NCBI RefSeq assembly: GCF_001194135.2
Contig: NC_068985.1
Coordinates: 34,035,429-34,099,428 of the forward strand
Direction: 5' to 3'
Source of the DNA: Octopus bimaculoides
Lineage: Eukaryota
Length of the DNA: 64,000 nt
The notes under the pieces are model-generated. The model did no database searches, was not told the origin of the DNA, and worked only from the letters and a program-made list of their open reading frames with translations. The number at the start of each line of letters is the position of its first letter. Position 1 is the first letter of the stretch. The position numbers and the translations under genes are program-made. This document shows, in pieces, positions 32,948-45,288 of the stretch.

Positions 32948-33718
32948 GGATCTTTGTGATTTGACGGGCAACACTTGTTTTCTTAACGAAACACTTTCAA
33001 ACTTGGGACACTGGTAGAATGTGTCATATAAAACAACTTCTTCTCTTAACCTTCTTAACAAAAAATTGTACATCGCAAGTTATTTCATGTTAAAGTTGTC
33101 GTATTTCTGTAATTTCAACCAATCACTGACGTCTATTCAGCTGAATACAGTTAGTGCTGTTCGGTGTTAAGTGTGTTATTCTCTGTTTAATTATATCATT
33201 ATTCCCTAGTAAGGGTTTAGGGTTAGGATTTTAGGGTTGGGGTTAGGGTTATGAGTTATAGGGTCAGAGTTAAAGTTATGGCAAAAATAATCATAACCCT
33301 AACCGTAATCCTAAAACTAACCCTNNNNNNNNNNNNNNNNNNNNNNNNNNNNNNNNNNNNNNNNNNNNNNNNNNNNNNNNNNNNNNNNNNNNNNNNNNNN
33401 NNNNNNNNNNNNNNNNNNNNNNNNNNNNNNNNNNNNNNNNNNNNNNNNNNNNNNNNNNNNNNNNNNNNNNNNNNNNNNNNNNNNNNNNNNNNNNNNNNNN
33501 NNNNNNNNNNNNNNNNNNNNNNNNNNNNNNNNNNNNNNNNNNNNNNNNNNNNNNNNNNNNNNNNNNNNNNNNNNNNNNNNNNNNNNNNNNNNNNNNNNNN
33601 NNNNNNNNNNNNNNNNNNNNTTCTATACCACAAAATATACAAGTATTCGAAGTTTGAAAGTGTTTCGGTACCAAAAACACTACATAAAAAAATGTTGCCC
33701 GTCAAATCACAAAGATCC
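32948..33718. mobile_element. GGATC...GATCC fold-back transposon, copy 4
   Basis: Perfect 26-bp TIR GGATCTTTGTGATTTGACGGGCAACA. Perfect 8-bp TSD GCAGACAC at 32940-32947 and 33719-33726. Internal (TTAGGG)n followed by (CCCTAA)n. Confidence 0.9.
33325..33620. other. Assembly gap (inside the telomeric-repeat core)
   Basis: N run. Confidence 1.
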
Positions 33719-33726
33719 GCAGACAC

Positions 33727-33860
33727 AGACACCTACACACACAACATACATATATGACGAGCTTTAGCACGGGTTCCGCCTACCAAACTCACTCATATGA
33801 CATCACTCGGCCTGAATCTTTAGTAAAAGACACTTGCCCAAGATGTCGACCGGTGGGCAA
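33727..33860 (-). mobile_element. SINE family A, 5' part (interrupted by fold-back copy 4)
   Basis: TTCCGCCTACCAAACTCACTCA...AAGACACTTGCCCAAGATG. Confidence 0.7.
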
Positions 33861-34064
33861 AATGCCCAAGATGCCGACCGAAAGTTTAATAAGTTCAGAT
33901 GTCATAAAAACCGTGATTCTCGCACCACATACAGCACTTAGTCATTTCATATGCTGACCTCTGAATACATACATTATAGTAGTTTACCCCCCCCCCCCAA
34001 AAAAAAAACATGAAAATGGTTTTATAAAGATTTAGAACAAACTACAGAATATTAAGGTCATTAA

Positions 34065-34280
34065 AGGTGGTGAGTTGGCAAGCCTTTACTGCACTGGGCA
34101 AAATGCTTAGTGGCATTTCGTTCGCCTTTATGTTCTGAGTTCAAATTCCGCCGAGGTCGACTTTGCCTTTCTTTCTTTCGGGGTCAATAAAATAAGTACC
34201 AGTTGAGCACAGAGGTCGATGTAATCGACCTAACACTCTCCTGAAACTGCTGGCTTTGTGCCAAAATTTGAAACCAATAT
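34065..34280 (+). mobile_element. SINE family B
   Basis: AAGGTGGTGAGTTGGCA head, GAGTTCAAATTCCGCCGAGGTCGAC and tail. Confidence 0.88.
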
Positions 34281-34579
34281 TTCGATCGTTTAAATAGTCT
34301 CGTCAATATGTCGGTACTGTTTAAATCTGTTTAATCGCCAATTCCAGATTATGTGGTGGAAAATAAAATATCGAGCTAACAGCATAAGCTTTCACTTTTG
34401 ATGGGATAGTTTTGGTTTTTGAATTTCAGTTGTTTACCAGGCTCTTTCCAACAAAGGGTTTCTGCTCGAAGTTTTAAGGCATAGAATACATTCCATAATA
34501 CATAATACATAGAATACATTCATAATCTTCCCACCCATCAACACACACACACATACACACAAATGCTTGATAAACTTAT

Positions 34580-34650
34580 GTCTATCAAATTCCACTCATA
34601 AGGTGCACTGCAGTGGGATCGAAGCAAGAACTACGTGAGTGTGGAGCGAA
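34580..34650 (-). mobile_element. SINE family A fragment
   Basis: CTATCAAATTCCACTCATAAGG...GCAGTGGGATCGAA. Confidence 0.5.
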
Positions 34651-35739
34651 TTTTTTAAAGCATCTCTGTGCCTTTTACCTAACTTTATTGGTACAAATTT
34701 GCTCTGAATTCATTTTTCTTCCTATTACTGTAGTTGATAAATATCCATTGAATGTTTATCCGTTTGCCTAGACCCGCTTTTTTTATCTCTTGAAAGCGCT
34801 TTCCTCTTTAGCCCACTTTCAAAATAAGGCATCAATCAAGCATACAGTCTTCTTTACTTTCTCACTTTATTGCCCACGTTCTCTGTTTATTTCCAACTCC
34901 TATCATATCTTTTCGTCCTTATCCTTCTGCCTTTGGTTGTTTGACAATCTCTTTTTGTTCTGTTAGTCCGCGCCTCTGTATATTTCTTATTTCCTTTTTC
35001 ATTTTGATAGCTTCTTGCCTTACTTGTCTGTATGTTTTTCTCTTCTCCTTGTTTCTCTGACACTTTATCTCCATTTTATTCGTCACTTTGTTTCTCTCAA
35101 TAGCTCTCGCTCTTTCTCTTTATAATGCTTACTCAATAAAAAAAATTCTGTCCCTATGTTTTTTTCACTCTCTTATCATTTCTTTCTTTTTACCACCGAT
35201 AATGACTTCTCTGTCCATTTCTATTCCTCACATTTCTCTCATTGTTCTTCTCCTCTTTGTTTCTGCTTTAGAAAAGCTATTCCTTGTATCACTTAGTTTC
35301 TAAAAACTCAAGTGCAAACTAATTGCGATGCGGTAATTAGTTATGGCTCTTCACTTTCTGAGTTGTCCAGGGAAACCAACTTTTGTTGTAGGTGTTAGGT
35401 ACGGTTCAGCCGTGACCTTCTCTCTGCTGGCAGATATCTTTTTAAGACAATCGGGTGTGATTTGATTGAAATTTGTCTGCTATTTTTGGAAGATGGAGGG
35501 AACGTGTAAAGTGGATAAAATGAATACTGTTAGTAAGCGGGTTTGATCCAATCAACTATACTCTTCCATACTTCCATAAAGACGTAGCCATGTTCCAATG
35601 AAAGATAACTCGTATCATTGAGAATTCTCTCTCCAACGGCATGTACGTACATACATACACAAAACGTGCATGTATGCATATACATATTCCCATAAGCATA
35701 CGCACACATACATACACACATTCACTCATCTATCTATAT

Positions 35740-36110
35740 TTATCTTATCTTTTATTTGCATCAGTCATTTGACTGTGGTCATGCTGGAGCACCGCCTTGA
35801 AGGGTTTTTAGTCGAACAAATCGACACCAGGATCTTTTTTAGGCCTAACACTTATTCTATCGGTCTCTTTTGCCAAACCACTAGATAACGGGGATGTAAA
35901 CATACCAACACCGGTTGTCAAGCGGTAGTGAGAGACAAGCAAATACTCACACATAAATACACGCACATTATGACGGGCTTCTATTAGTTTCCGTCTACCA
36001 AATCTACTCACAAGGCGTTGGAAGGCCCAAGCAGAAGACACTTGCTCAAGATGCATGTAGTGGGACTGAGCCCAGAATCATGTGATTGGGAAGCAAGCTT
36101 CTTATCACAC
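35740..36110 (-). mobile_element. SINE family A, near full length
   Basis: Reverse complement of the 12320-12757 architecture. Confidence 0.88.
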
Positions 36111-36173
36111 TGAAAGAAGCTTGTCGTGTATATACATATATGCAGAACATCCATGTTTAAATTGGGATAATTT

Positions 36174-36201
<28 letters not shown>

Positions 36202-36204
<3 letters not shown>

Positions 36205-36770
36205 AAAAATTAACACTAGATTCGATACCGAGCCTAAGGATTCTCTCTCGTCTGAGCAACCACTGACCAAACGGGCATGAAAATGATAAATCGTCTCCCT
36301 TTGATCTACGACCTCAGCCATGTCAGGCGAAGTTCAAATGGACAGGAGCTGACTTATTTAGACACAATCTCTCCTGCAGTATGTCTATCTTTCTAGCTGC
36401 CACGGCTGTTATAAATACCGTGGTCAGCAAAGGGACAGGCAGAAAGGACCTGGGACGAAGATAGAGCGCACGAGATAGCTGACCAGTATTTTCTCAGATG
36501 AACAACACTCACATAGACACAAAACATATTCAGTTCTTCCACATCATATCACAGATATGATGTGGTAGCAGTTGACCACAAATACTACTTGTATTATTTG
36601 TGGTCAACTCAGCTTGTAGCAGCTGACAACAAATATATGTAGTGAAAAGTTGTGTATACTGACAGCAAATGCAAGTCCTGTAAATAAATTATTTAAACTA
36701 TAATTTAATGTTATTCATTATTTACTTTGAAGGCATCCACATGCCTATCGCATCTGTTTACCTCAACACA
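36202..36770 (+). mobile_element. Putative solo LTR
   Basis: TGTA...CAACA(CA) termini, TATAAATA at 36410-36417 and AATAAA at 36683-36688. TSD is obscured by (TG)n. Confidence 0.5.
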
Positions 36771-36793
36771 TTCTGATACACCTTTTCCACTAC

Positions 36794-36835
<42 letters not shown>

Positions 36836-36889
36836 AAAGCAGATGTTAAACGATGATGATGATGACGATATATATATATATATATATAA

Positions 36890-37540
36890 TCGTCATTTAA
36901 AGTCCATGGGCCATGCTGGCATGGGTGGGACTGTTTGACTAAAGCTGGCAAGCTGAGGAGCTGCACCAAGCTTTAGTCTGATTTGGCATAGTTTCTACAG
37001 TTGGGTGCCCTTCCTAATGCCAAACACTTTTCAGAGTGTGCTGGGTGTTTTTATGCGGCACTGCATGAGCACTTTTATGCAGCACCATCACAAGTGCTTT
37101 TACATGGCACTGGTACTGGACTCTTGCAAGCCAATCATCTTCACTAGGGGGAGTGGCCTTATCACTTTTGCTGTTGGTATGGGTCTTCTTGAGTACAATA
37201 AGGTGCCAGGCATCTTGGTCCTTTGTTATCTTGTCTGAAAGGTTCAGCATTCTGAGGTTGTTCATCAGTACTTTGTCCCATGTTTTCTTGGGTCTCCCAC
37301 TTTCATGTGTTCAATCTACTTTAGATGCACACTGCATCTAATTTCTCTTCTTCTCTGTCAATACACTAGCCCTCTGACAAACATGTACACTTACATTACA
37401 CTTTCAACGAAGTGTACTAGCCTCATTCTCTCTATCTGTCACATGTCCTCTGGATTCAAGGCCCATGTCTCACTACCATGTAGAATTGCTGTCTGTATAC
37501 ATGCATCATACACTTTGCCTTTCACTCTCTGTGCATATAT
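36890..37540 (-). mobile_element. RTE LINE 3' end (RT C-terminus, 3' UTR and tail)
   Basis: Minus-strand GRPKKTWDKVL..NLRMLNLSDKITKDQDAW followed by the conserved tail. Confidence 0.8.
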
Positions 37541-37542
37541 AT

Positions 37543-38215
37543 ATATAGAGTGTGGTGGGTAAATTGTCACCATCTTATATTTTTAATTTTGATGCACATT
37601 TTTTGTTTTTGATTTTGTCGACTACACAGTACAGTAGTATCAGTTGGGTACCGTCTGAGAAAAATAGCACCATTTCGCAATTCACTCTGCCAGAAATTTA
37701 GAAAGGACATGCAGTACTGCTTGGAATTTGTGCTGGAAGTTTCAATGCAAACATTTCAGAGTGTTTGGGTGTCAATCTGAGAATATGTACAGAGAGTGCT
37801 AAAAACCAAACATCCAGTCAACATCATGCTGTTTGGAGTGATCACTAGTGATGGCAACGTTATGCCTACATTCATCTTCCCACTCAGCCTCAGACTCAAC
37901 ACGGAGGACTACATCAAGTACCCGGAAGAGATAGTGCTGCCCAGGGTGAAGAGGATGGCTGCTGAAAGACTCTATGTCTGGCAACAGGACTCTGCACCAT
38001 GCCACACAAGCAGGAGAATCCAGTCGTGGCTGTCAGACAATTTCTGTGACCACATCACTCCTAACATCTGGCTACCTAACTACCCAGACTGCAATCCCTT
38101 TGATTATTATGTGTGGAACATAGTTGAGTGAGAGACCAACAAAACTCCTTGTAACACCAAAGATGAACTGAAAGCAAGGATTATGGTAGCATTTACCAAC
38201 TTAAACAAGGAGACC
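37543..38215 (+). mobile_element. Tc1/mariner DD37D (maT-type) remnant, internally deleted
   Basis: ORF 37796-38131 VWQQDSAPCH...PDCNPFDYYVW with 37 residues between the Asp residues. Left end is TATAGAGTGTGGTGGGTAAATTGTCACC. Confidence 0.8.
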
Positions 38216-38350
38216 AATAGAATAAGTACCAGACTTTGAAAAATAAGTCCTGGAGTTAATTTTCTTCTGACTAAAAATTCTTTAGGATGCTGCACCAGTA
38301 TGACTGAGCCACAGTCTAATGACTAAAACAAGTAAAACAATAAAAGAATA
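38215..38350 (+). mobile_element. SINE family A, 3' tail
   Basis: AGAATAAGTACCAGAC...ATAAGTCCTGGAG...AAACAAGTAAAACAATAAAAGAATA. Confidence 0.7.
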
Positions 38351-38364
38351 TATATATGTATATA

Positions 38365-38580
38365 TCATCATTCAATGGAACTGGTAAGGCCAGGGGGGCC
38401 ACACCAGGTTCCATAGTCTGTTTTGGCTTGGGTTTTATGCTTGGATGCCCTTTCTAACACCAACCGCTCCACAGAGTGTACCAAGTACTTTTTATGTCCA
38501 CCAGTATCAGAGCTTTTTATGTGATACGAGCACCAGTGCTTTTTATGTGACATGAACACCAGCACTTTTTGTGTGGCACC
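38365..38580 (-). mobile_element. RTE-type LINE 3' tail
   Basis: GGATGCCCTTTCTAACACCAACCGCTCCACAGAGTGTAC. Confidence 0.65.
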
Positions 38581-38607
38581 ATATATATATATATATATAT
38601 ATACTTA

Positions 38608-39097
38608 CAGATACAGGGTAAAAATTAATAATTAGTAATTTTACCAAGTTGTTTGGTGTGTTAAAAAACCATTATCGGTAAGCTTATACAAAAGTTTTAT
38701 AATTATAAACACAATTAAAATTAGGGTTCGGCAAAAATTGCTTTACCACACACCGAAATTAGAAATAGCAGTTAAAACTACTATTTCATTACCACAGTAA
38801 CTCTCGCAACTCACAAAGGCGAAAAGAAAAAATAACGAATCTACCCAGCTTTGATTAACTGTATACGCTTTTCAGGATTAAAGAGGTGTAAATTATATTA
38901 CCTGATCTTATTTCCATCTTCAGCACAGTATTCCAAACTATAAATTCGAGGATGCTAATAGAAGAATAGTTATTTGACCAAGCGTCATTGAATGAATATC
39001 CAGAAATAGCATTTACCGATAATGGGTTTTTAACACACCGAACTACTTGGTAAAATTACTAATTATTAATTAATTATTAATTTTTACCCTATATCTG
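38608..39097. mobile_element. Tc1/mariner-type MITE (TA TSD, ~75-bp TIRs)
   Basis: TA-CAGATACAGGGTAAAAATTAATAATTAGTAATTTTACCAAG... mirrored by ...AATTTTTACCCTATATCTG-TA. Confidence 0.8.
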
Positions 39098-39139
39098 TAA
39101 GAATTAAATAATTCACTCCCTGATAGTAAACTGCAGGAT

Positions 39140-40600
39140 TACTTGTAGCGCACATGGATAATTGAGAACTGATACGAGTTTCTTACTCGTCTATAGGAAT
39201 TTGGAAATGAACTAAGGATAACATGAACTTTTATGGTACTGACTGTCACATGCACCTGTTGCTTTTTGTAAGAGATTCTGAAATGGAACTTCACTGAAAA
39301 GTAGAAAGTCTGTTTGAAAATGAACAAGACTTGGTGCCAATCCTTTCAGTTCGTCAAATAATTGCCAATTTGTAGACAGTCTTTTATCAACTCAAGGCAC
39401 CAATCTAATGATCATTTCAGAGCATATCTTCTTGATAAATTGAATGTGGTCTTCAGAATTCTTTTTACATCTTTATTTATTTATTTTTATTTGGAATCAA
39501 CTTTTGCACCAAATAGAATTTCTGACACAATCAGCTGTAATTGTTTTTTTTTTGTTGTTATATATTAACTTTTCAAGAATAGTATTTGTTACTTGAAAAA
39601 TATGTGTTTATTTCAAGCTTAGAAAATGAATGGTATCATAGAAGCAAAACAGACAGTTGTCATCATCTACTAGCATATTTGCTATCAAACTCTCTTTGGA
39701 ATGCCTATTCTGTGTTCCATACAGGTTTGTATATGTAATGTAAGTACACCTACAATTCTTCCTAGTTTATAAGTAACTGTCTAACGTAAATTTGCTTCAC
39801 ATTGCTCATCTTGTATTAGACATTTTTTGAAGATTGAGATACACTGACCTTTTTATCATCTGCTTTCATAATTTTGATTAAATTTTTAAAATTTGAAACC
39901 TAAGGGTACTTTTCCTGGATCATGCAAGAGTTTCCCTAAATTTAGTTTTTCAAAGCCCTCCTTAATACAAAGCAGAAAATTGTAGGTGCATGGCCTTTTA
40001 ATGCAATCTGGTGATGCATCTCAAAGTCTCAAACATAATGAATTGTTTTCCTGTCCTATGCTACTAACACCATCACTGGCAAAGCTTATATAATTAGACA
40101 AATCTCAACTCTCCTTCCCTAGTTGAGATAACAGTGCTTCATAAAAAAGATTATCCAGTTGTTTTGATAGCAAGAGCAAGTCCCAAAAATGAAGTCTCCT
40201 CTGCCTGTTCCTTTTATCACAATATCTTGAACAAACATAAGTACTTTTATCACTAAAGATGTTATCAGTAAAGAAGTAGAATTTCTCATTTCTAACATTA
40301 TTTTCTATACAAGGAACAATCACATTCTGAATGAGCACTTAAATGTAATTCAGTGCAGTTGAAGGTTTTCAAGGTAACTTCTCCTGTCATGCTTCTTCAT
40401 GACATTACAAATGTGATCATTGGCATTGACACAACAGTGACAAATACTGCAATCTTGAGTTCTATATGACGTCTTTTATGTTCCTTAGAAACCTTTGATG
40501 TGTTTTGGAAAGATTATAGTACTGCAAGAGGAAAGAATAATACTGCTAAGCTTATATCCTTCTGTTCCTTTTGTCTTACAATGTGTTTTTAAAGTGGTCT
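39140..40600 (-). pseudogene. Highly decayed hAT-like transposase remnant
   Basis: Scattered minus-strand motifs TTLKTHCKTKG, KFYFFTDNIFSDKSTYVCSRYCD, TCMEHRIGI and SSFPN occur in hAT order, with many stops. Confidence 0.35.
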
Positions 40601-41269
40601 TTCTGAGATGAACATTTTTCTTGCACATATATATATATATGTAGGAATATGGGGTTGATATTTGATAAATATACAGAGACAGATGTTAGTTAGATAATGT
40701 ATGTATGCATGGATGCATATCTATGTCTGTATGTATGTGTGTGTATGTGTGTGTGTTAGTAAGGATTATGTGTCGGTACCCTCAAAATGACTTTGTTGCC
40801 ATAATGCTTGTTACTAACAGAGTGCATCATAGTACGTTTCATGGAAGCTGGTGGTTTGGTTAGGAGGAGCATTACATAGTACGCACACACACACAGATAT
40901 CTATTTGAAAAGATCAAGCTGGTTACTCTTTTCATTGAGTCACACATTCAGTAAATGTTCTAATGTTATTCATAAATTTGCTCTAAAGTAATAACCTTAT
41001 TTGTATATAGATAGATATGAGTTTGTGTGTGTGTGTGTGTGTGTTGTCTAACTTTAAATCAACTCTGGCTGAGCAGCTCAAGATTGAAGGTGTTCCATTC
41101 CATAATGTTATTTTTTTAAGGGGAGCCTAGGGCTATATTATCTAATGCAACCTTCCTTTATTCAGACAGTAGAGGTGTGAGTTGAGGGTAATTTGGTTGC
41201 CATTTCTTGCAGCTCACCTCAATGCATAAACTGTCCAACATCAGCATGTATGTGTATGTGTGCATATAC

Positions 41270-41299
<30 letters not shown>

Positions 41300-41302
<3 letters not shown>

Positions 41303-41445
41303 GTTGGTGTTAGGAAGGGCATCCAGCTGTAAAAACTCTGCCAGATCAGATTGGAGCCTGGTGCAGCCTTCTGGTTTGCCAGTCCTCAGTCAAATTGTCC
41401 AACCATGCTAGCATGGAAGGCGGACGTTAAACGATGATAATGATG

Positions 41446-41450
<5 letters not shown>
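41300..41450 (+). mobile_element. RTE-type LINE 3' tail
   Basis: TTAGGAAGGGCATCCAGCTGTAAAAACTCTGCC...GGACGTTAAACGATGATAATGATG. Confidence 0.85.
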
Positions 41451-41474
<24 letters not shown>

Positions 41475-41476
<2 letters not shown>

Positions 41477-41910
41477 CATTGGGCTATATGCTGTGCTTGA
41501 GAAGCCCCATCAAGCCAAGTGAGATCATAGTCATGGTTGACGCTAGTGTCGCATACCTGGCACTCATTGCCAGTGGTACGTAAAAAGCATCCTTCTAACT
41601 TTGGGTCTCACAGAGGCAGTGACAAATGACCATGACCTTTGGTAATACACTGTGCTTGTGAAAACCTGCCAAGCCAAGTAAGATTATAGTCATGGTCACT
41701 GCCAGTGTTTTGTAACTGGCTGTCATGCTGGTGGCATGTAAAAAGTAGCCACTACACTCTCGGAGTGGTCGGTATTAGGAAGGGCATCCAGCTGTAGAAA
41801 CCATACCAAATCAGATTAAAACCTGGTGCAGCTCCCCAGCTTACTAGTTTTCAGTCAAACTGTCCAACTCATGCCAGCATGGAAAATAGATGTTGAATGA
41901 TGATGATGAA
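41475..41910 (+). mobile_element. RTE-type LINE 3' UTR with internal tandem duplication and tail
   Basis: Two units of GTGCTTG..AA..CC....AAGCCAAGT.AGAT.ATAGTCATGGT, then the conserved tail and (GAT)n. Confidence 0.75.
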
Positions 41911-41927
41911 GATATATGATATGTATA

Positions 41928-41976
<49 letters not shown>

Positions 41977-42408
41977 TTGGGGGCGTGGTTGTATTTTTTT
42001 TGTGTGGCATATAAGTAGACTATTATCAATTGAACGAACTAACAAGAAATCAACAGTTTGTGAAAACCCAAATCCAATATTGTATTGATTTTCTAACACA
42101 AGTTACAGCAATATTGATCACCTATTGCTAGTCAATCATATTTCTCTATGTTGAGTTGAATGACATTCCATAAAAGTGATATCGAATATCATTATTGATT
42201 CTTTTACATAGCCTCAAAAAAATTGCATTTACAGTTGTGCATAGAAACATGATTGTGTGATATCCATACCATTATCATGTGTGTTAGTGTTATGAAGGAG
42301 CAGAAATAATTTTGACTGAAAAACAAACTAGTTTATGGATTGGGTCACTGATTGACTACTTTCTATGCCATAACACTTCTCTATCCAATTAATGATTTTA
42401 TATAAGAA

Positions 42409-42566
42409 ACAGGCATGGCTGTATAACATGAAGTTTGCTTCCCTATCACATGGTTTTGGGTTCAGTCCTATTGCTTGGCCCCTTGGGCAAGTGTCTTCTA
42501 TTATAGCCCCTGTCCAACAAAAGCTTTGTGAGTGGATTTAGCAGATGGAAACTGAAAGAAGCCCAC
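42409..42566 (+). mobile_element. SINE family A, 5' half
   Basis: CAGGCATGGCTG...GGGTTCAGTCC...CTTGGGCAAGTGTCTTCTA...GGAAACTGAAAGAAGCCC. Confidence 0.85.
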
Positions 42567-42679
42567 TGTGTGTGTGTGGCTGTGTGCATGCATGCGCATG
42601 TGTGCGTGCATGTGTATGTGTGTGCATGTGCACACGTGTGTGTACGTGCACACATGCATGTGTGTGTAATCATCATCAT

Positions 42680-42800
42680 CATCATTATCATTTAATGCTC
42701 ATTTTCGATGAGAGTATGGGTTGGACAGTCTAACTGGAGCTGGCAAGTTGGAGGGCTGTACCAGGCTCCAGTTGTCTATTTTGACATGGTTTCTATCCTA
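42680..42800 (-). mobile_element. RTE-type LINE 3' tail
   Basis: (CAT)n followed by TTTAATGCTCATTTTC...GGGTTGGACAG. Confidence 0.7.
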
Positions 42801-42848
42801 CCTTAACACCTAATTCTATGAGAAGGACTAGTAGGGATTCTTTGAACC

Positions 42849-43200
42849 ATGAGTACCAAATGCAAACGAATAAATGTCTGTATAATTGTTAAAAACAAAA
42901 TTGTCTGTCCTTTGGGAAATCAGTGTTTAAGGAAAAATATAGTGTATCAATGTAAGGTAATAACAGGGGGTCCTAAGTATTATTACATAGATTCATCAGC
43001 TACAATCTGGAAATCTAGATTTCATAATCATTCTCATTCATATAGAAGTATAGAAGAAAAGGTAATTCTACAAATCTTAGTAAATGCATTAAGTATGATT
43101 TGAGGTGGTCCATTATTAGTTACACACCATTGCACAATATTGGCAATTCTACATTTCATTTTGCCTTGAAGAAATGTATTATATGATTACTTCTAAATTA
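42849..43200 (+). mobile_element. Penelope-like GIY-YIG fragment
   Basis: CPLGNQCLRKNIVYQCKV...YYIDSSATIWKSRFHNHSHSY, then YDLRWSII. Confidence 0.75.
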
Positions 43201-45228
43201 ATATTATTAAATATTAAAAAGGAATTTTACAATGAAATGTTGTCACAAATTTCAGAAGGCATTTAATTATTTCAATTCTTAGTTTATAATTGCTTTTCAT
43301 ATATTATATAATAAGCATAATTGTTTTTTTACAAAACATTTACTATATTTAATAAATAGATAACTAATTGTTGTGATGTAGAATCTTTCTGTTTGTAATT
43401 GTTTCTAAACATAGAATTCTTTGTTTATTTTTTATTCTTTCATTATTCACTGATGTCACCAAGAGTTGAATGCAAAAATAGCTTTACTTTGTTTATATTT
43501 CTTCTTAATATTCTTTTTGAATGCGTTCATGTACTGGAGATATTTTCTTAGTTTACTTTGAATTTAACTAATTTTGGATTGCCTTGAAAGCGTTGTGTTA
43601 ACATGTATTTTTGGAAATATTAATTTGAATGATATTTTCTATATCTAAATATGTTGATACAACAAAAATGATTGATGACTTTGGGTAGTGAATTCTACAA
43701 TTAAAGATGTGATATTCTCTATGTGTATTTTTGTTGTCTTATACTCTGAAATTCTCAAAATTCTTTAAATGATATTTGGGTTTACTTGTCATACATAAGG
43801 AATTACTCTGGATGTGTATTCTTCTTGCATTTATTGGGGTCTGATTTTTTGATATAGTTAAACAAATTCGTTATTGGTATCTGCCTGGATTTTTCAATCC
43901 CATTTTTCTTCTTAATACATACATACATGCATACATATGCATGTGTGTGTGTGTGCATGTGTTTCATTAAATGCACAACAAATTCCAGTTATATTTGGGA
44001 AATATAATTAAAATTAAATGTGTTATGTGTAGGAATAAATTATTCTTTTTATCTTCCATGGTATTTGAATCTGTATAATAACTTTTTGAAGATATGATTT
44101 TTAAATGATGAAATTTAGTAACAGCATTTCAATAGATACCGTTTATTATTTTGTGTTAAATATAATTGTCTCTTGCTATTGTATCAAATATTGGGAGGGC
44201 ACTTTAGTAAAAATGATTTGGTATCAATATATACAAATTTAAATATGAAACTGCACAAAAATAAATTATTTGCCATCATCTGGAATTTTAATAATGTATT
44301 GTAATATTGTAATATTAAGTTTTAGAAGTCTTCATATAAACACTTGTGAAAATCTCAGTTCCCCAGTTTCTTTATTGTTGCTATCATTTCTCTCTTTCCC
44401 CCTCTCTCTCGCTCTCACTCTCCCCCCTCTCTTTATGTATATATATGTATACACACATATGTGTGTGTATAAGAACTTTCTTCATTGCAAAACTGCAAAA
44501 GAGAGGTTTACCATTCATGCTCATATAAAAAAAAAAATTTTTTTTAAATGTGATTGGTTATCTACATACACTGCTTGAAGATTATAAATGTTAGAACTTC
44601 CACCATCAATTGTCCCCACCAATTTAGCCTAAGATTTCAGCACAATTTAATGCATCCAACTTTACATGCAAAAACACATACACAGCGACATATAAGTCTA
44701 AGATTTGCTGCTCACTCAATCCCATCCTTTTACTCTACTGCCCACATATCTACCCTACATCTCCCATACCCAAACTCTACTGTGTAGGCAGTTACCTCTT
44801 ATTTAGGTTTTTTGGTGGTAGGTAAAGAAATAACTCTTGATGAATTTCTCTCTGAACTTCTCACAAATGTTTGTTCTGTTTTTTTCATTGCACAAACAAA
44901 CCTGATGTGACATTTGTTAACCTCCAGTACTAGAGGGCTGTTCTACTTCAATTATTACATGTTTTTTTCTCTTGTAATAATATAATATAATTGCCATTAC
45001 TGTATTAATAAATAAAATAACACATACAACTCACTTATTATTGTCATATAATAAACAAACATAAGTTCATGTATGAAATTGATCTTTTTTCTGCTTCAGT
45101 TATTACATATTTTTCTCTTATAAAAATGCACATATACAGGAGTAAATTATATATATAATAATACTTTGAATGTGGCACCCGAAAAACAGTAAAAGTAATT
45201 ACCTGATCAGTGATGGGTATTACTGCTA

Positions 45229-45282
<54 letters not shown>

Positions 45283-45288
<6 letters not shown>

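Noticed and set aside
43400-43900. Possible minus-strand PLE linker remnant
   Set aside because: Too degenerate. No diagnostic motif recovered.
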